NCBI RefSeq assembly: GCF_009914755.1
Contig: NC_060928.1
DNA from: the human T2T-CHM13v2.0 reference genome, Homo sapiens
Reading direction: 5' to 3' (one strand)
Length of the DNA: 64,000 bases
The notes below the pieces were generated by a model, which made no database searches, had not been told where the DNA came from, and was given only the letters and a program-made list of their open reading frames with translations. Positions 12,406 to 29,514 of this stretch are shown here, piece by piece (the first letter of the stretch is position 1; each line of letters begins with the position of its first letter). The position numbers were made by a program, and so were the translations under genes.

Positions 12406-12636
12406 CTTTAAGAAAGAAAAAAACAAGTCACTTTTGGTTAATGTGTGCCAATTCTTGCAGTCCTCCCTCCACCCTCATTTAAGGAAACAGCCATGATTTG
12501 TAGGTATGATGCTGCAAGTGCAAAAGATTCAGTCTCATTCTGAAGGAGCTCTGTTTTGTGAGTCAAGATTGTTAGGGTTTCAGTCAAGAAAGGGTCAGGT
12601 AGAGCAGATTTCCACTCAGGCACACAGATATCATAC

Positions 12637-12729
12637 CTTGAGACTGTGAGGTGTTTTCTGGAATTGTAACTGGTATTGAGGTTAATGTACCAGTTTTAGA
12701 AGGTGATGCATCTGGTTGTAGAACACTAC
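12637..12729 (-). CDS. EMCN: Endomucin mucin-stalk exon (about exon 6), (G)SVLQPDASPSKTGTLTSIPVTIPENTSQSQ
   Basis: ttttcatacag|GTAGTG...TCTCAAG|gtatga; 93 nt, phase 1-1; S/T/P-rich; sequon NTS. Confidence 0.96.
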
Positions 12730-14471
12730 CTGTATGAAAATTACAAATGCAGAATCAGGCTATGGTATTAAGCCTTCATATGGGATTTCTTTGCAGATTC
12801 AAACAGTTTGCTTTTCTGAAGATCTGTGAAAACTATTTATTGTCAAATAGTAGGATAAATGCAATCATAACACTAAACCATAAGTTCATCCATTCCTCCT
12901 GGAAAGATAATTAAATTTAGAATCACAAAGCCTGAGTATCAGTTTTACATCTTCAGGAACTCGCCAAGAAAACTTCAGTAAGTTTTTTAGCGTAGATTAC
13001 AGCCTGTATAACCTACTGCATAAGATTCTTGTGGGATGTAAATCTATGCAAAAGCATTTTTCAAATTTCAGATATTATAACTTTGGGTGATAGTGTTTTT
13101 TTTCTATCACACATAGTTAAAATGATCATAACTGCACAGGACGTCAGATTTTATGTATTTATCAGTGATTGAAGAGAAAAAAATTGCAGTTGAGGCTTTG
13201 GTTAGAAGAATTGAGGAAAAATCAAAGAAGACTCCTTCATTTTCATCCCTAAAGTTCAGCAGCTGGTTTTATTATGTGCCTTTTCTAGAGTAATGCTACT
13301 TGACTGTTTTTTTTCACTAGCATCCGTGCTCTTTTTTTTCCAAGGAAAATATAAATTAAAAATTTATTGTTATCGTTATTTGTTTGTTTAGTTAACATTT
13401 GCCATCTTCAATCAGAAGGACTGAAGCAAAAATTATAAGTAAAAATCTACTATTCAAAATCCATAGCTGTCAATAAGTTTAAAGGAAATATAAATAATTA
13501 AGTATTGTATAAGTTGAAAACATTTATTCTTGTGAATTTGGAATAAAGTACAATTTGTACTTAGAAAACTTTTTGAAAATGTATTCTCTTCCTCGTGCAG
13601 TATGAAGTGCTCTATTTAAATCATGCCTGTTTTCCTTGCCTCTTCACTGAATTGCAAGTTCCTAGAGTGTGAGGGCCATACTTGTCCACACACCCAACAT
13701 GGAGCTCTGGGTACAGGGGGTATGCAGTCAAATGTAGCTGACACTAAGAGGCACTTCTTATGATTATGGCTCCTTGGGCGTATTGAGGCCATGTATAATT
13801 GCACCAAAGAAATTGATATTTCTATGACTGCCTTGGCTCATTCCTTCTTCACCACCCACATCCCAGCACGCACTGCATGCTCATGCATTTTTGACATCTG
13901 TGGGTGAAGAATAACGTTCAGAGTCTGTACCGTTCTTGCCATGCAAGAGATCTGTGGGTGGAAGCTAGATATATGCCCATAAGAACAAAGAAAAATGTCA
14001 GGCTAGTGCACTAAGCAGGCAGAAAAAGGAATATTAAATGAAAGAGTGGGAACTAGCTGAAACCTTGGTACTTTCAGCTGCCTTTTCCAGTGTCAAGTAG
14101 TTTAGTGAGGATGAATGCTCTTTCAGTTTTCTTGGTGGAAAAGAAGGTGGCTGATTAAATAACCAATGATGTTAATCCTTTTGGGATTTCTCAAGGGTTA
14201 ATTGTCCTACCATATTACCTTCCTGTAGACAGGCTAAATGGCAGACTCAGGACTGATTGTAATGTGTCTGGGTCAGAACAAACTCCCAACTTCCCTGCTT
14301 AAAACGTGTTGATTGCCCAGTGCCAATGGTTATTGCTAATGACCCATGGATAGGCCAAAATGTTAAGACTTCATAGTGGAAAGATTTGGTGGCTGCTTGA
14401 ACAAATACTTTAAAAATTTGTTTTGTTTTTCTTTAAACTGCAACCTTCAGTTAAGAAATTATTTCTGAATC

Positions 14472-14474
<3 letters not shown>

Positions 14475-14514
<40 letters not shown>
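14475..14514. repeat. (CA)20 microsatellite
   Basis: Read directly. Confidence 0.97.
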
Positions 14515-14516
<2 letters not shown>

Positions 14517-14761
14517 TACTGCTCATGATCCAATAATGGGAATTAACCTACAGTTTGAGAAGCTCTGTGTTTTAGCATGATCATATTGCTGAAATTATGG
14601 TACTTGGCTGAATCCATAAAACATGAGCCTAATGTTATTCTTTCTGTGACTAAGATGCGGAATCCATGACATGCTCAGAGCCTGATGATCTACACAGTTT
14701 TTGTTGAGACTGTATTATCCTACATTACTAACAAAGTGGCATTGCCAGAGGAAGTATAGGA

Positions 14762-14975
14762 GAGCTATAGCAGAGTGGCTAAGAGCATGATTCTGAAGAC
14801 AGGATAGCTGGGTACAAATCTGACTCTAGCACTTACCCCTGTGGAATCTTGGGCAAGTTGCTTAACCTCTATGTGCCTGAGTTTCCACATATATACATGG
14901 AGATTATAATAGTTCTACATCATGGTATTGTGAAAATTATATGAGTAAAAATAAATTTAAACTGTTTAGAAGGGA
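14762..14975 (+). mobile_element. MIR SINE
   Basis: Core motif cttgggcaagttgcttaacctctatgtgcctgagtttcc. Confidence 0.8.
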
Positions 14976-15509
14976 ATGTGATATTAATATGTATATATTA
15001 TATATAATAATAATGTTCTATTCTTATATTATGATTATTCCCCTAGAGAGTTGAACCTCCCAACCAAGGTCAGTTTGTCTAATTTTCTCAAAAATTCTAA
15101 GAATGAAAAATATATGAACTTCAGCCACTTCTGTGTTTTCACATGCTTCTTTGCTCTAGTCAAGAAGTAGAGGAACTGGAGAAACTGGAGTAGAATATGG
15201 TACTCTTAGATGACATAGATTTGTTCTTGGACCCTGACTTTTGGTGATTGTTATGATTATTGAATTTGTGGCTAGGTTGTTTCAGGATTTAAGTCCAGCC
15301 TGGAAACTTCAGGTCAGAACTTGGAGCAAGCTGATGAGACAGAGACCCTCAGAGTCAAGTCTGTTGTAATAATGTATGCCCAAATTTACCCCATCAGCAT
15401 CTGACAATGGTACATATTTGGAGACCTCACTGTAGACCAATTACTTAATAAATCATTGAGAGTTTTAAAGACAGAAGACCTATCAATGTCCCAAGGCACC
15501 TGTGATTGC

Positions 15510-15940
15510 TATAATAATGCTCCTCACAGAACTCCAACTATAGAAAGCATAAGTGACCAAATTTACCCACGTGTCCTCTGAAACCCATCTCTCTGTTTGT
15601 GCTGGTGCCATGTCTCTCTAAGGCTGCTCCCAGCCAATGAGTGGACCTGCCAGGAATATTAAGGCCGGCTTGTCCTGGGAGGAATGTGGACTGGAGGATT
15701 CCCTGATGGTCTTGCTGAACCTCCCCTAGAATGCATGGCAGCCTAGATGCTTCTGCTCAGCATCCCCGTTCTCTCTCCCTATCACCATGTCAGATGTGCA
15801 TTTCAGTCTGGTGGCTCTTCTAGACTTTCCTTGTCCCCTCACAGGCATTTTTTCTCTCATAGGCATTTTCCCCTAATAAAATCCTTGTACTTTTAACTGA
15901 ATCTTGAACTCTCCTTCTCTGAACATTCAGATTAAAGCAG
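15510..15940 (+). mobile_element. ERVL solo LTR, LTR16-like
   Basis: ccagccaatga...aaggccggcttgtcctggga and terminal ccctaataaaatccttgtac resemble LTR16 consensus. Confidence 0.6.
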
Positions 15941-16353
15941 TCTCCCTGGCAAGTATTTAAAAGGCCACTTCTTATTGGGAGTAGAAATGAAGCCTCAGGA
16001 ATTTTAAACTGGACTTGGAAGACTTGGGCACTGGTTCATAAGGGAAATATCTGTTTGTTTAAACCTTTTATTTTCCATTTTTTTTGGGAAGCCTAACTCT
16101 TCCTATGGAAAATCACCCCTTCCCCACTTCATGTGGTCATGAGGTGCCCCTTTTTAATCCAACTTCAGAGTCACTGTATGACTAAAGTTCTCTCCTAAGA
16201 ATTTGAGTGTGTGGTGATTTTGAGTTATTCTCAGAGTGAAGCTCTAAAGGGACTATCTATGGGTTTACAAAATCCCTGAAATTACTACAATGCTATCCTT
16301 CTTTATTCTGTGAGTTTCCCTCCCCAATTTTTTTTTTAGTTAAAAGAAATCTT

Positions 16354-16396
16354 GGGCAGGGCATGGTGGCTCACGCCTGTAATCCCAGCACTTTGG
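16354..16396 (+). mobile_element. Isolated Alu 5' fragment (about 43 bp)
   Basis: gggcagggcatggtggctcacgcctgtaatcccagcactttgg, then non-Alu sequence. Confidence 0.85.
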
Positions 16397-16589
16397 AACT
16401 GGTCTCTAATTGTAATTTGATAGATTATTCATGTCCCATTTAAAAAAATAACTTTTCAGCCTTTGACACAAATCTTTCTCTTCTTCTTATCACGTTTTCT
16501 TTATGTGGCTACCAATAGAATAGAGCAGACTATTGATATTTTTTCTTTTTCGTCTCCTTGGTTGGTTCCTCCTCTTATTTCTTTTTTTA

Positions 16590-16928
<339 letters not shown>

Positions 16929-16934
16929 TAAATT

Positions 16935-17960
16935 ATAATCTTGGAGTGTCCCCTAGGGTTTAGTCCTTGGTCCTCATCTCCAATGACCCTCATTTATTTG
17001 GAGATTTCATTCAATTTCAAGGTTTAAATGCACCAATGTCACTGATTCCTCAACTTATACTTCCATCCCAGACCTTTTCCTAAGCTCTGGATTTATAAAT
17101 CCGGATACTTACTTAGCAAGTAATAGACATTTTAAACCCAACATGTCCACATTTTAACTTCCACTCTATCTGAAGCCTTCCTATCCTTGCTTGGAGCAGA
17201 CATTCCTTCCAATTGCTCAGGCCAAAGACCTATTTTTGGCTCATCTCTTTCTATTCTATTCCACACGCAATCATCAGGAATAGTTATTGGCTTCATCTCC
17301 GAACTAAATCCAGATTTTGGAGATTTTGTGCCATCTACTCTGTGATCACCCTGGTCAAAGCCACCATCTTCTCTCTCCTATATCCTTTCTTCCTTCAGCT
17401 GAGTTATAAAACATGGGTCAGCTAATGTAACACTGCTGCTCAAATCCCTCAGTGATTCACCATTCCACTTAGAGAAAAAGCCGAAGTCCATGCAATAGCC
17501 CACAAAACCCTAGGTAATCTGCCTGGCAAATCCCCTGCCTCAACTCCGCCCACTTGCTTAATGCTGTCCTTTAAACATGCCAGGCCTCTCCTCAAGTTCT
17601 AGCTCTGCCTGGATGTTCTTCCTCCACATATTGGGTGACTCACTTCCTTCTTGTATTTACTCAACTCTTTTCAGGGAGACTTACCTTGGCCACTTTTTTC
17701 AATCTTGCAAACCCTTCCCCACCTCTCCAGTGCTTGTGATCCCTTCCTCCTCTATTGCTGCACATTTTCTCTTTCTCAGAGCACTTATGCCTTTTAACTT
17801 ACTATATAATTTAGTTAGTTATTATTTTATTGGGTATAGTTTACTTTCCCTGCTAGAATATAAGAACCTCTAGGGCAAGGATCTTTATTGTGCTCACTCA
17901 TATTTCCCAAATGTTATAACAGTGTCTGGAAGTAGGGCCCATCACTAATCACTGAATGTA
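16935..17960 (+). mobile_element. L2 LINE 3' portion
   Basis: L2 hallmarks: ttgctcaggccaaa, ctggtcaaagccaccatc, ctagaatataag...agggcaagga, terminal tgaatg. Confidence 0.75.
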
Positions 17961-19459
17961 TAAACAAACTTCTTGGCAGCAGAATTGACTACTGTGAAAG
18001 ATGAAGTGAATTTATGAGATTACCTTTTAATCTTAACATCGGGATTGGCACATGTTTAAAATCGTGATATTATTATTTTTTCTCATTCATTCGACAACAA
18101 CAAAAATAGAGACCTACTCTAGGTCCACCACTAAATGTTGAAGAAAATACAACAGAGTATGAGAGGTAGCTGTTGCGTTTACGGAGCTCACATTTTAGTA
18201 GGGAAGGTGAGAAGCATATCCCAAAATTGATAGATGTGAAACATGCAATAAAGAATAAGTAAAACAGCATGGCAAAGAGCAAGGATCAAAATAGCAGAGA
18301 CTATGTTATTGTTTATTAAATTTTACTTACAACTCTTAATAAAAAGAACTTGAGGAGCTTAAGCAATTATACAGACCATAAGATGAATGAAATTGAAATA
18401 AGAAATCAGAACAAATGCAAATGGAAGAAGTAAACAGGCCCCTTCTAAGAGTTAATATCGGACATAAACATAATCGTTGGTGTTGGCCACAAGAATGGAC
18501 TCTGAGCACCCTGACACTCAGGGAAAGGAGAACATGAGGTCTACTCTGGGCTGTTATTATTGGAGAGGAAAATAATCTATTATATAAGTGAAACATGAGT
18601 GGTATAGACAATAAGTGCTATGACTATAGTTGATGCAATTCTGTGTTTTGGAAAGGGAACATGTTGATATAATCCTGGAGTCTCCTCTAACTTTAGGGTT
18701 TTAGATTCTTTTCAATCTGTGGCTAGTACGTATTTTCCCACACAATGGTGCCTCCTGTCTACTTCATAGGTAAAATATCACAGGAGGAATTTTCTGCCTT
18801 CGGATGATGCAAATTAATTCCCGCTCTCATCTGACCTTACCTTTCTGACCTGGTTGCACTCTTATAGCAATGCAAAAAAAGCCTTACCTTAAATTTCCTT
18901 TGCTTTGCTTTGGGCCGTCAATGTTAGTAACCTGAGGTAATAACATCTTCTAACCCAGAAATAATGGAATAACTGAATGGAGATTAACGTACTTTAATTC
19001 TGTAGAAATATTTGTTGTAGAAAAAGGATATATTTTTCTTTTTGATTAAAATAGTAGTTTTTACAAAATTATATATGATAAGAGTGAATGAGGCACTGTG
19101 CTAATTAATTCCATATGTGCTAATTTATTTTATTCTTAAGCAAATATTTTTAATCCTGTGTTTTAAAGATGAGAGATACTGTGGCTCAGAGAGATAAGGT
19201 AATATATTTAACAGTAAGTGCAAGGCTAAACCATAAGCCAAATATGACTCAAAACCCTTTCTGTTTTCTTTCTAATATGCCATGTAATCAATAGATTTTA
19301 AATGTTTATCTTAGTTACTTATGACATCATTATCAATGGAATCAATAAAATCTATTCTTAGCATTCTGAAAGTTTTGAGATATTCTCACCTCTTCCTGCA
19401 TCATGAATATAGACATGAAAACATTAAAAAGGATTTTATTTTCAAACCCTTAAAAGAGA

Positions 19460-19650
19460 CTAGGTGACAGACATTGTTCTAAGTGTCTTACAACTATTAA
19501 CACACTTAATTATTGTATTATTAGTATTTGCATTTTACAAAGTAGAAACTGATGCCTTGAGAGATTCATTTGCCCAGGGCCCCACAGTAAGTAGGTGGCA
19601 GAGCCAGGATTTGAATGCACGCTCTAGAGTCTGTGGTATCAACCCCAAAA
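19460..19650 (-). mobile_element. MIR SINE
   Basis: cattttacaaagtagaaactga...ttgcccagggcccacagtaagtaggtggcagagccaggatttgaa. Confidence 0.75.
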
Positions 19651-20616
19651 TTATGCTGCCCAATCTGCTGCATTTCAGTAGGAATGAGTTATAAGGACAT
19701 GACTCTTATTTTTGTTACATAAAATATAATCTATTTTCAATTTAGGCCTCAATCAAAAAGGCATTTTTTCTTATCAAAACAAGCTAAACACTTTCCTTCA
19801 ACAGGTCAAACCAGACCATGCAGATAGAAACAAGGAGACAGGGAGAATTATTCCTAATATAGTAAATAAAGCGTGTCGTAGAGTTCATTGGAGAACCATA
19901 CCCATTTAGCAATACCAGGAAATGTGTTGCTTCCTAAAGTGATTGCTGGGCAGCTCACCAGTGAAGACTGTGAGTTTTTATGACTTTTCAGTGCAGACTA
20001 GGGTGGTGCAAGAACAGTGCAGAGCACTACTTTGAGATTCGGTAGATCCCTGAACTAGATAAGAAACCACTTAGCCATACCCAGAATCTGTACAATTTCT
20101 TAAGGAGAAGTTTGTACCAGACACGATCACATATACGTTGATATATTTCTTATTCCATAATTGAATTCTTTTATTCTCAATTAATTTTCTAAACATCCTA
20201 AAATCCTATGTTAAAAAAATCTAGATATTACTCTGCTAGAGGTATATTTCTAGCTTGAGTGGATCCTAACTAAACGACAATAGCAGGATTCTGTCATTCA
20301 AAGTTAGAAAACTTAAATAAACTACCCCCTATAGAATGGTTCATGTTTCACTTTATATAAGTTCCTAGAGGGTCAGCAGCCAATGCCCAAAAATAAGAGT
20401 GTCAAACACAGTGAATATGCTCAGACAGGATGGAGCATCCTCTTTTCCAAAGGCCTTTGGTCAGATTTGGTGGGACTTCTAATACCTGTTCTGGCTTTGT
20501 TTTTCTATCAGATGTAATGACCACAATGCAACTGAGACTCTGAAACACAGTTAAGGAAAGTAAAAAAGATATGTATGATGAGATCTTTCAAGTTACGCTA
20601 GTTGCTGTAGGAATAT

Positions 20617-21196
20617 TGTGATGATTAATTTTATGTGTCATATTGAATGGGCCACAGGTGCCCAGATGTTTGGTCAAGCATTGTTGTGAGTGTGTCTGTT
20701 AGGGTGCTTTTGGATAAGGCTAACATTTGAATCAGTATACTGAGCAAAGCAGATTGCCCTCCCTGACTGGTTGCCTCTCGTCCAACCAGTTGAAACCCTG
20801 GGTAGAACAAAGAGGGAACTTCTTCTGCCTGACTCTCTTGAACTGAGACATTGGTCTTTCCCTGAGTTAGGAGGCAAACTGAAACACTGGCTCTTCTTGG
20901 AGCTTGAGGCTGCCAACTTTTAGACTGGAACTTATGCCATCAGTGACCCTGGTTCTCAGGCCTTTGGACTCAGGCTGGCATTACTCCATCAGCTGGCCTG
21001 AGTCTTTAGACCTCTCAGCCTCTATTATCACATGAGCCAATTCTTACAATACATCTCTCTCTCTCTCTTTCTCTCCCTTTCTGCTCTCTCTCTCCCCCAT
21101 CCCTCTATCTATTTCTCTCTCTCTCTCTCTCTGTCTCTCGCTCTCGCTGTCAATGCACAACCTATTGGTTCTGTTTGTCTGGAGAACCCTAATACA
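20617..21196 (+). mobile_element. MLT2 (ERVL) solo LTR with internal (CT)n
   Basis: Starts tgtgatgattaattttatgtgtca, ends ctattggttctgtttgtctggagaaccctaataca (TG...CA). Confidence 0.88.
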
Positions 21197-22750
21197 GTTG
21201 TTTTCCCCAGAAAATTAAGGGTTAATGGCTTATTCCTTTCTCAATTCGGTAAGGCACAATGGTCCATTTTGCTCAGGGCTGAGATCTCTTATCAATGAAA
21301 TCAAAAGGTTCATTTTCAAGGACAAGTTATTAGCTCTGCCTGTCTGTGTGAAAATGATAAGGCTAAAGAAAAATGAATTCCATGATTGCTTAAAATTGTT
21401 GTAATGGCTATGCAATGTTTGCATTTATCTTTAGGGAATAAACAGCCCTTCATCACTTTTCAGAGGGTCTTTTAATCTCCTCATTAGGTCTGAACTTAGA
21501 GCTAGAAAAATGAGTAGGTAGAATAATCTGGCTGCCAAGGGGTCAATTCTTTCATGAACCCTTTCTCATCTTTTAAAACCAGCCTTTTTTTTTCACCCAA
21601 TGGATACCTCAACCACAGCCAAAGGAAAGAAACGAAAAATAAAAATTACTCTATCCTCTGATCTTACATAAGATTATCTGAAGTTCACCCATGACATATT
21701 ACTTTATACCTACATGACTACTAGAATTATTATAGTTATGTGTAATATTGACTTGTGTCCTTAGTAACTGCTAATGGCAGGTTCCATGTATCATTCCTCT
21801 TTTAGCTAGTGTACACATAATAGGAACAAGATGAATATTTATTAAAAGCCTTGGTTAATGGTGGTTGATTAAATATACCATTCTGTATAGTTAGCATAGG
21901 TTCATACCAAGTTTGGGGCCTTACCAGATATGTTACAGTGGGCAGTTGCAGTTTGATTTTCCCCAATACTTTAAATATTGAGCATAATTTTCTCATGTTA
22001 AGCATCATTAAACACAGCTTTCTATCACATACTACTGTTGTGCTATTGAATGAAATGAGTGGAGATGTCTTTAGATCTTGATTGATCAATTGATCATTTC
22101 CACATAACTATAATTATCTTTCTTTGATCTCTCATTTTAAAACTTAAATAAATTTTTAAAAATAAATTTTATTGTATATATTTAAGGTATACAACATGAT
22201 ATTATGAGATATATTTAGATAGTAAAAGTTACTATAGTGAAGGAAATGAACATATCAATCATCTTATATAATTATACACTTTAGTTGTTTCTGTGGCAAG
22301 AGCATGGAAATCTACTCATTTAGCATGAATCCCAAATACAGTACAATTGTGTTAACAATGTCCTTATGTTGTACAATAGACTCCTAGACTTTATCCCACA
22401 TAGCTGCTACTTTGTATCCTCTAATCTACATCTCCCCATTTCCTCTCTGTCCCTGGTAACCACTGCTTTGTTCTCTATCTCTGTATATCTGAATTTTTCT
22501 TTTAGATTTCACATGTAAGTGAGATCATGCAATATTATTTCTGTGTCTAGCTTATTTCACTTAGCATAATGTCCTCCATGTTCATCCATGTTTTGGCAAA
22601 TGGCAAGTCTCATTATTTTTTAGGACTAAATAATATTTCACTGAATATGGAATATTATTCTTTATCCATTCATCCATTAACAGACACTTTTAGTTTCTAC
22701 GTCTTGGCTGTCATGAAAATGGGAGTCCACATATCCTTATGTGGTGGTAA

Positions 22751-23173
<423 letters not shown>

Positions 23174-23222
23174 TAATGGCTGCACCAGTATGCGTTTCCA
23201 TCAACAGTGTACAAGAGTTCCC

Positions 23223-26351
<3,129 letters not shown>

Positions 26352-27434
26352 AAGAATTCCCTTGTCTTCATACCCTTGCCAAAATGTGTTATCTTTTGAC
26401 TTTTTGATAATATCCACCCTAATGGGTGTGAGGTAGTATCACATAGTAGTTTTGATTTATATTTCCCTGATGATTAATGATGTTGACCACATTTGCATGC
26501 ACATGTTGGCAATTTTCATGTCTTCTTTCACAAAATGTCTATTCAGGGTATTTTGCCCATTTTTTAATCATGCTATTTGTCTTTCTACATTTGCATCTTA
26601 ACCCCTTATCAGGTATATGGTTTGCAAATATTTTTCCCCAATTTGTAGCATGCTGTTTTATTTTGCTGATTATTTCCTTTGCTGTGCAGAAGCTTTTTAG
26701 TTTGATGTAGTCCCATTTATTTATTTTTGATTTTGTGGCCTGAGCTTTTGGTCTGATATAAAAAAAAAAAATCATTTCTGAGGCCAGTGCCCAGCAGATT
26801 TTCCCCTATGTTGTCTTCTAGGAGTTTTATAGTTTCTGGTCTTACCTTTCAGTCTTTCATCCATTTTCAGTTGATTTTTGTGCATCGTTTAAGATAGGGT
26901 CCAATTTCATTCTTTTACGTGTAGAAATCCAGTTTTTGCAGCACCATTTAGTGAAAAGACTATCATATACCCATTGTGTGCTGTTGGTGTCTTTGTAAAG
27001 AATTTGTTGACAGTACACATTTAGATTTATTTCCGGGATCTTTATTCTGTTTCACTGGTCTATGTGTCTGTTTTTATGCCAGCACCATATTGTTTTATTA
27101 TAGATTTGTAATATAATTTTAACTCAGGAAATGTGATGCCTCCAACTTTTTTTTTATTTTCAGAATTGTTTTGGCTATTTGGGGTCATTCATGTTTTCAT
27201 ACATATTTTTGGAATGTTTTTTTATTTCTGTGAAGAATGACCTTGGGATTTTAACAAGGATTGTGTTGAATATATAGAATATTGCTTTTTGACATTTTAA
27301 CAATATAAATTTTTCTGATTCATAAATACAGTGTATCTTTCCATTTATTTCTGTCTCCTTCAAATTCTTTTATCAATGTTTTCTCTTTCAGTATACAAAT
27401 GTTTCACTTTCTCGGTTAAATTTATTCCTAAGGA

Positions 27435-27654
27435 CAGATGGTCCTCAACTCACAAGTTTTAACTTTACAATGGGGTTTAAGACATAACCCCATTGTAAGC
27501 TGAGGAGCATCTGGACTTGTGATGGTTTGACTCAACAATTTTTCAGCTTTAATATGAGTTTATCAGGGTATTGAGTGCATTTTTGACATACAACATTTTC
27601 AACGTATGATGGGTTTATCAGAATGTAACCCCATGGTAAGTCAGAAAGCATCAG
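27435..27654. mobile_element. MER47/Tigger5-derived DNA transposon
   Basis: Termini cagatggtcctcaact...gaaagcatcag|ta; internal second terminus aaccccattgtaagctgaggagcatctg. Confidence 0.75.
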
Positions 27655-29514
27655 TAATTTTTTATGGTACCATAAATGAAATTGTTTTTTTCAGTTAGAT
27701 TGTTATTTGTGTATGAAATGCTAGTACTTCTGGTACCATGTTAATTTTTCCTTTTGCGACTTTACTGAATTCATTTATTAGTTCTAACAGTTTTTTCTGT
27801 GGAATCATTACACATAAGATTATTTCATCTGCAAGTGGAGATTTTTTTTTCTTTTTGATTTTGATGTCTTTTATTTCTTTTCCTTGTATGATTGCTCGTG
27901 CTAGTACTTCTGGTACTATGTTGAACAGAAGTGACAAGAGTGGGCATCCTTACCTAGTACTGGATCTGAGTGGAAAAGCTTTAACTTTTCCCCATTGATT
28001 ATAATTGTAGCTGTGGGTTTTTCATAAATGTTTTTTATTATATTGAGAAACATTCCTTTTATGCCTAAACTGTTGAGAGTTTTTTTTTTAATCAAGAATT
28101 GATGTTGGATTTTGAAAAATGCTTTTTCTGTGTCAAGATCATTGTGTGGTTTTTATCTTTCATTCTGTTAATGTCATATATTACTTTGATTGATTTGTAT
28201 ATGTTAAACTAGCCTTGCATATCAGAAATAAATCCCACTTGGTCACAATATATAATTCTTTTGGTGTGCTGTTGGGTTTAGTTTGTTATGTTGTTGGGTT
28301 TAGTTTAATCCTCAATATTTTACTAAGGATTTTTGCATCTGCATTCGTCAGACAGATTGGTCTGCATTTTTCTTGTCTTGTAATATCTTTGTCTGACTTA
28401 GGTATCAAGGTGATGTGGTCCTTATAAAATGTGGTTGGAACTATTCATTCTACCTCTATTTTGTTTAAAAGAGTTTAAGAAGTATCATTATTAATTCTCT
28501 GAAGGTTTGGTAGAATTCAGCTTTTATAAAACTATCTGTTTCTGGGCTTTTCTTTGTTGGGAAGTTTTTTGTTACTTCTTTGATCTCTTTATTTGTTATT
28601 GGTCTGTTGTTCAAGCTTTCTATTTCTTCTTGAATTGATCCTGGTAGGTTTTAGTTTTTGTTTTTTTGTTTTGTTTTGTTTTATTCTGTTTTTTAAGCAA
28701 TTTATCTGTTTAGATTATCCAGTCGTTGGCATATATTTTTTCGTAGTAGTCTTAACGATCCTTTTAATTTCTGAGGTGTTTCATTTTTTTCGCTTTAATT
28801 TATGATTTTATTTATTAGTCTTCCCTTTTTTTCATTTAGACCAGCTAAAGGTTTATCCATTTTTTTTTATTTTTTGAAAGCACCAACTCTTAATTTTATT
28901 GATTCTTCCTATGATTTTTCTGTTCTCTATTTATGTTTTTATTTTTATTATTTTCTTCTTTCTGCTAATTTGGGGTTTAATTTATTCTTCTTTTGTTAGT
29001 TCCTTGAAGTGTAATGTTAGATTACTTATTTGAGATTCTTTTTGTTTTTAATGTCGGCATGTATTGCTATAAACTTTTCTCTTTGAACTGCTTTTGCTAC
29101 ATTTCATAGGTTTTGGTATGTTGTGCTTTAATTATTGTTTGTCTCAAGATATTTTTTAATTTCTCTTTTTATTTCTTCTTTGACTCATTGGTTGTTCAGG
29201 AGCACGTTACTTAATTATCATATAATTGTGGATTTTCAAGATTCCTCTTATTATTGATTTCTAGTTTCATAGCATTATAGTCTGAAATGATATTAGATAT
29301 TATTTCAATTTAAAATTTAGTAAGTCTTGTTTTGTGGCTTATCATATGGCCTATCCCAGGGAATGTTCCATGTGAACTAAAGAAAAATGTGGCATATTAT
29401 CCTGCTGTTAAAGTAAAGCTCTGTATATGTCTGTTAGGTCTAATGGGTGAAAAGTGCAATTCAAGTCTAGTATTTCTTTTTTAATTTTCTGTCTGGTTGA
29501 TCTATCTACTCTTT

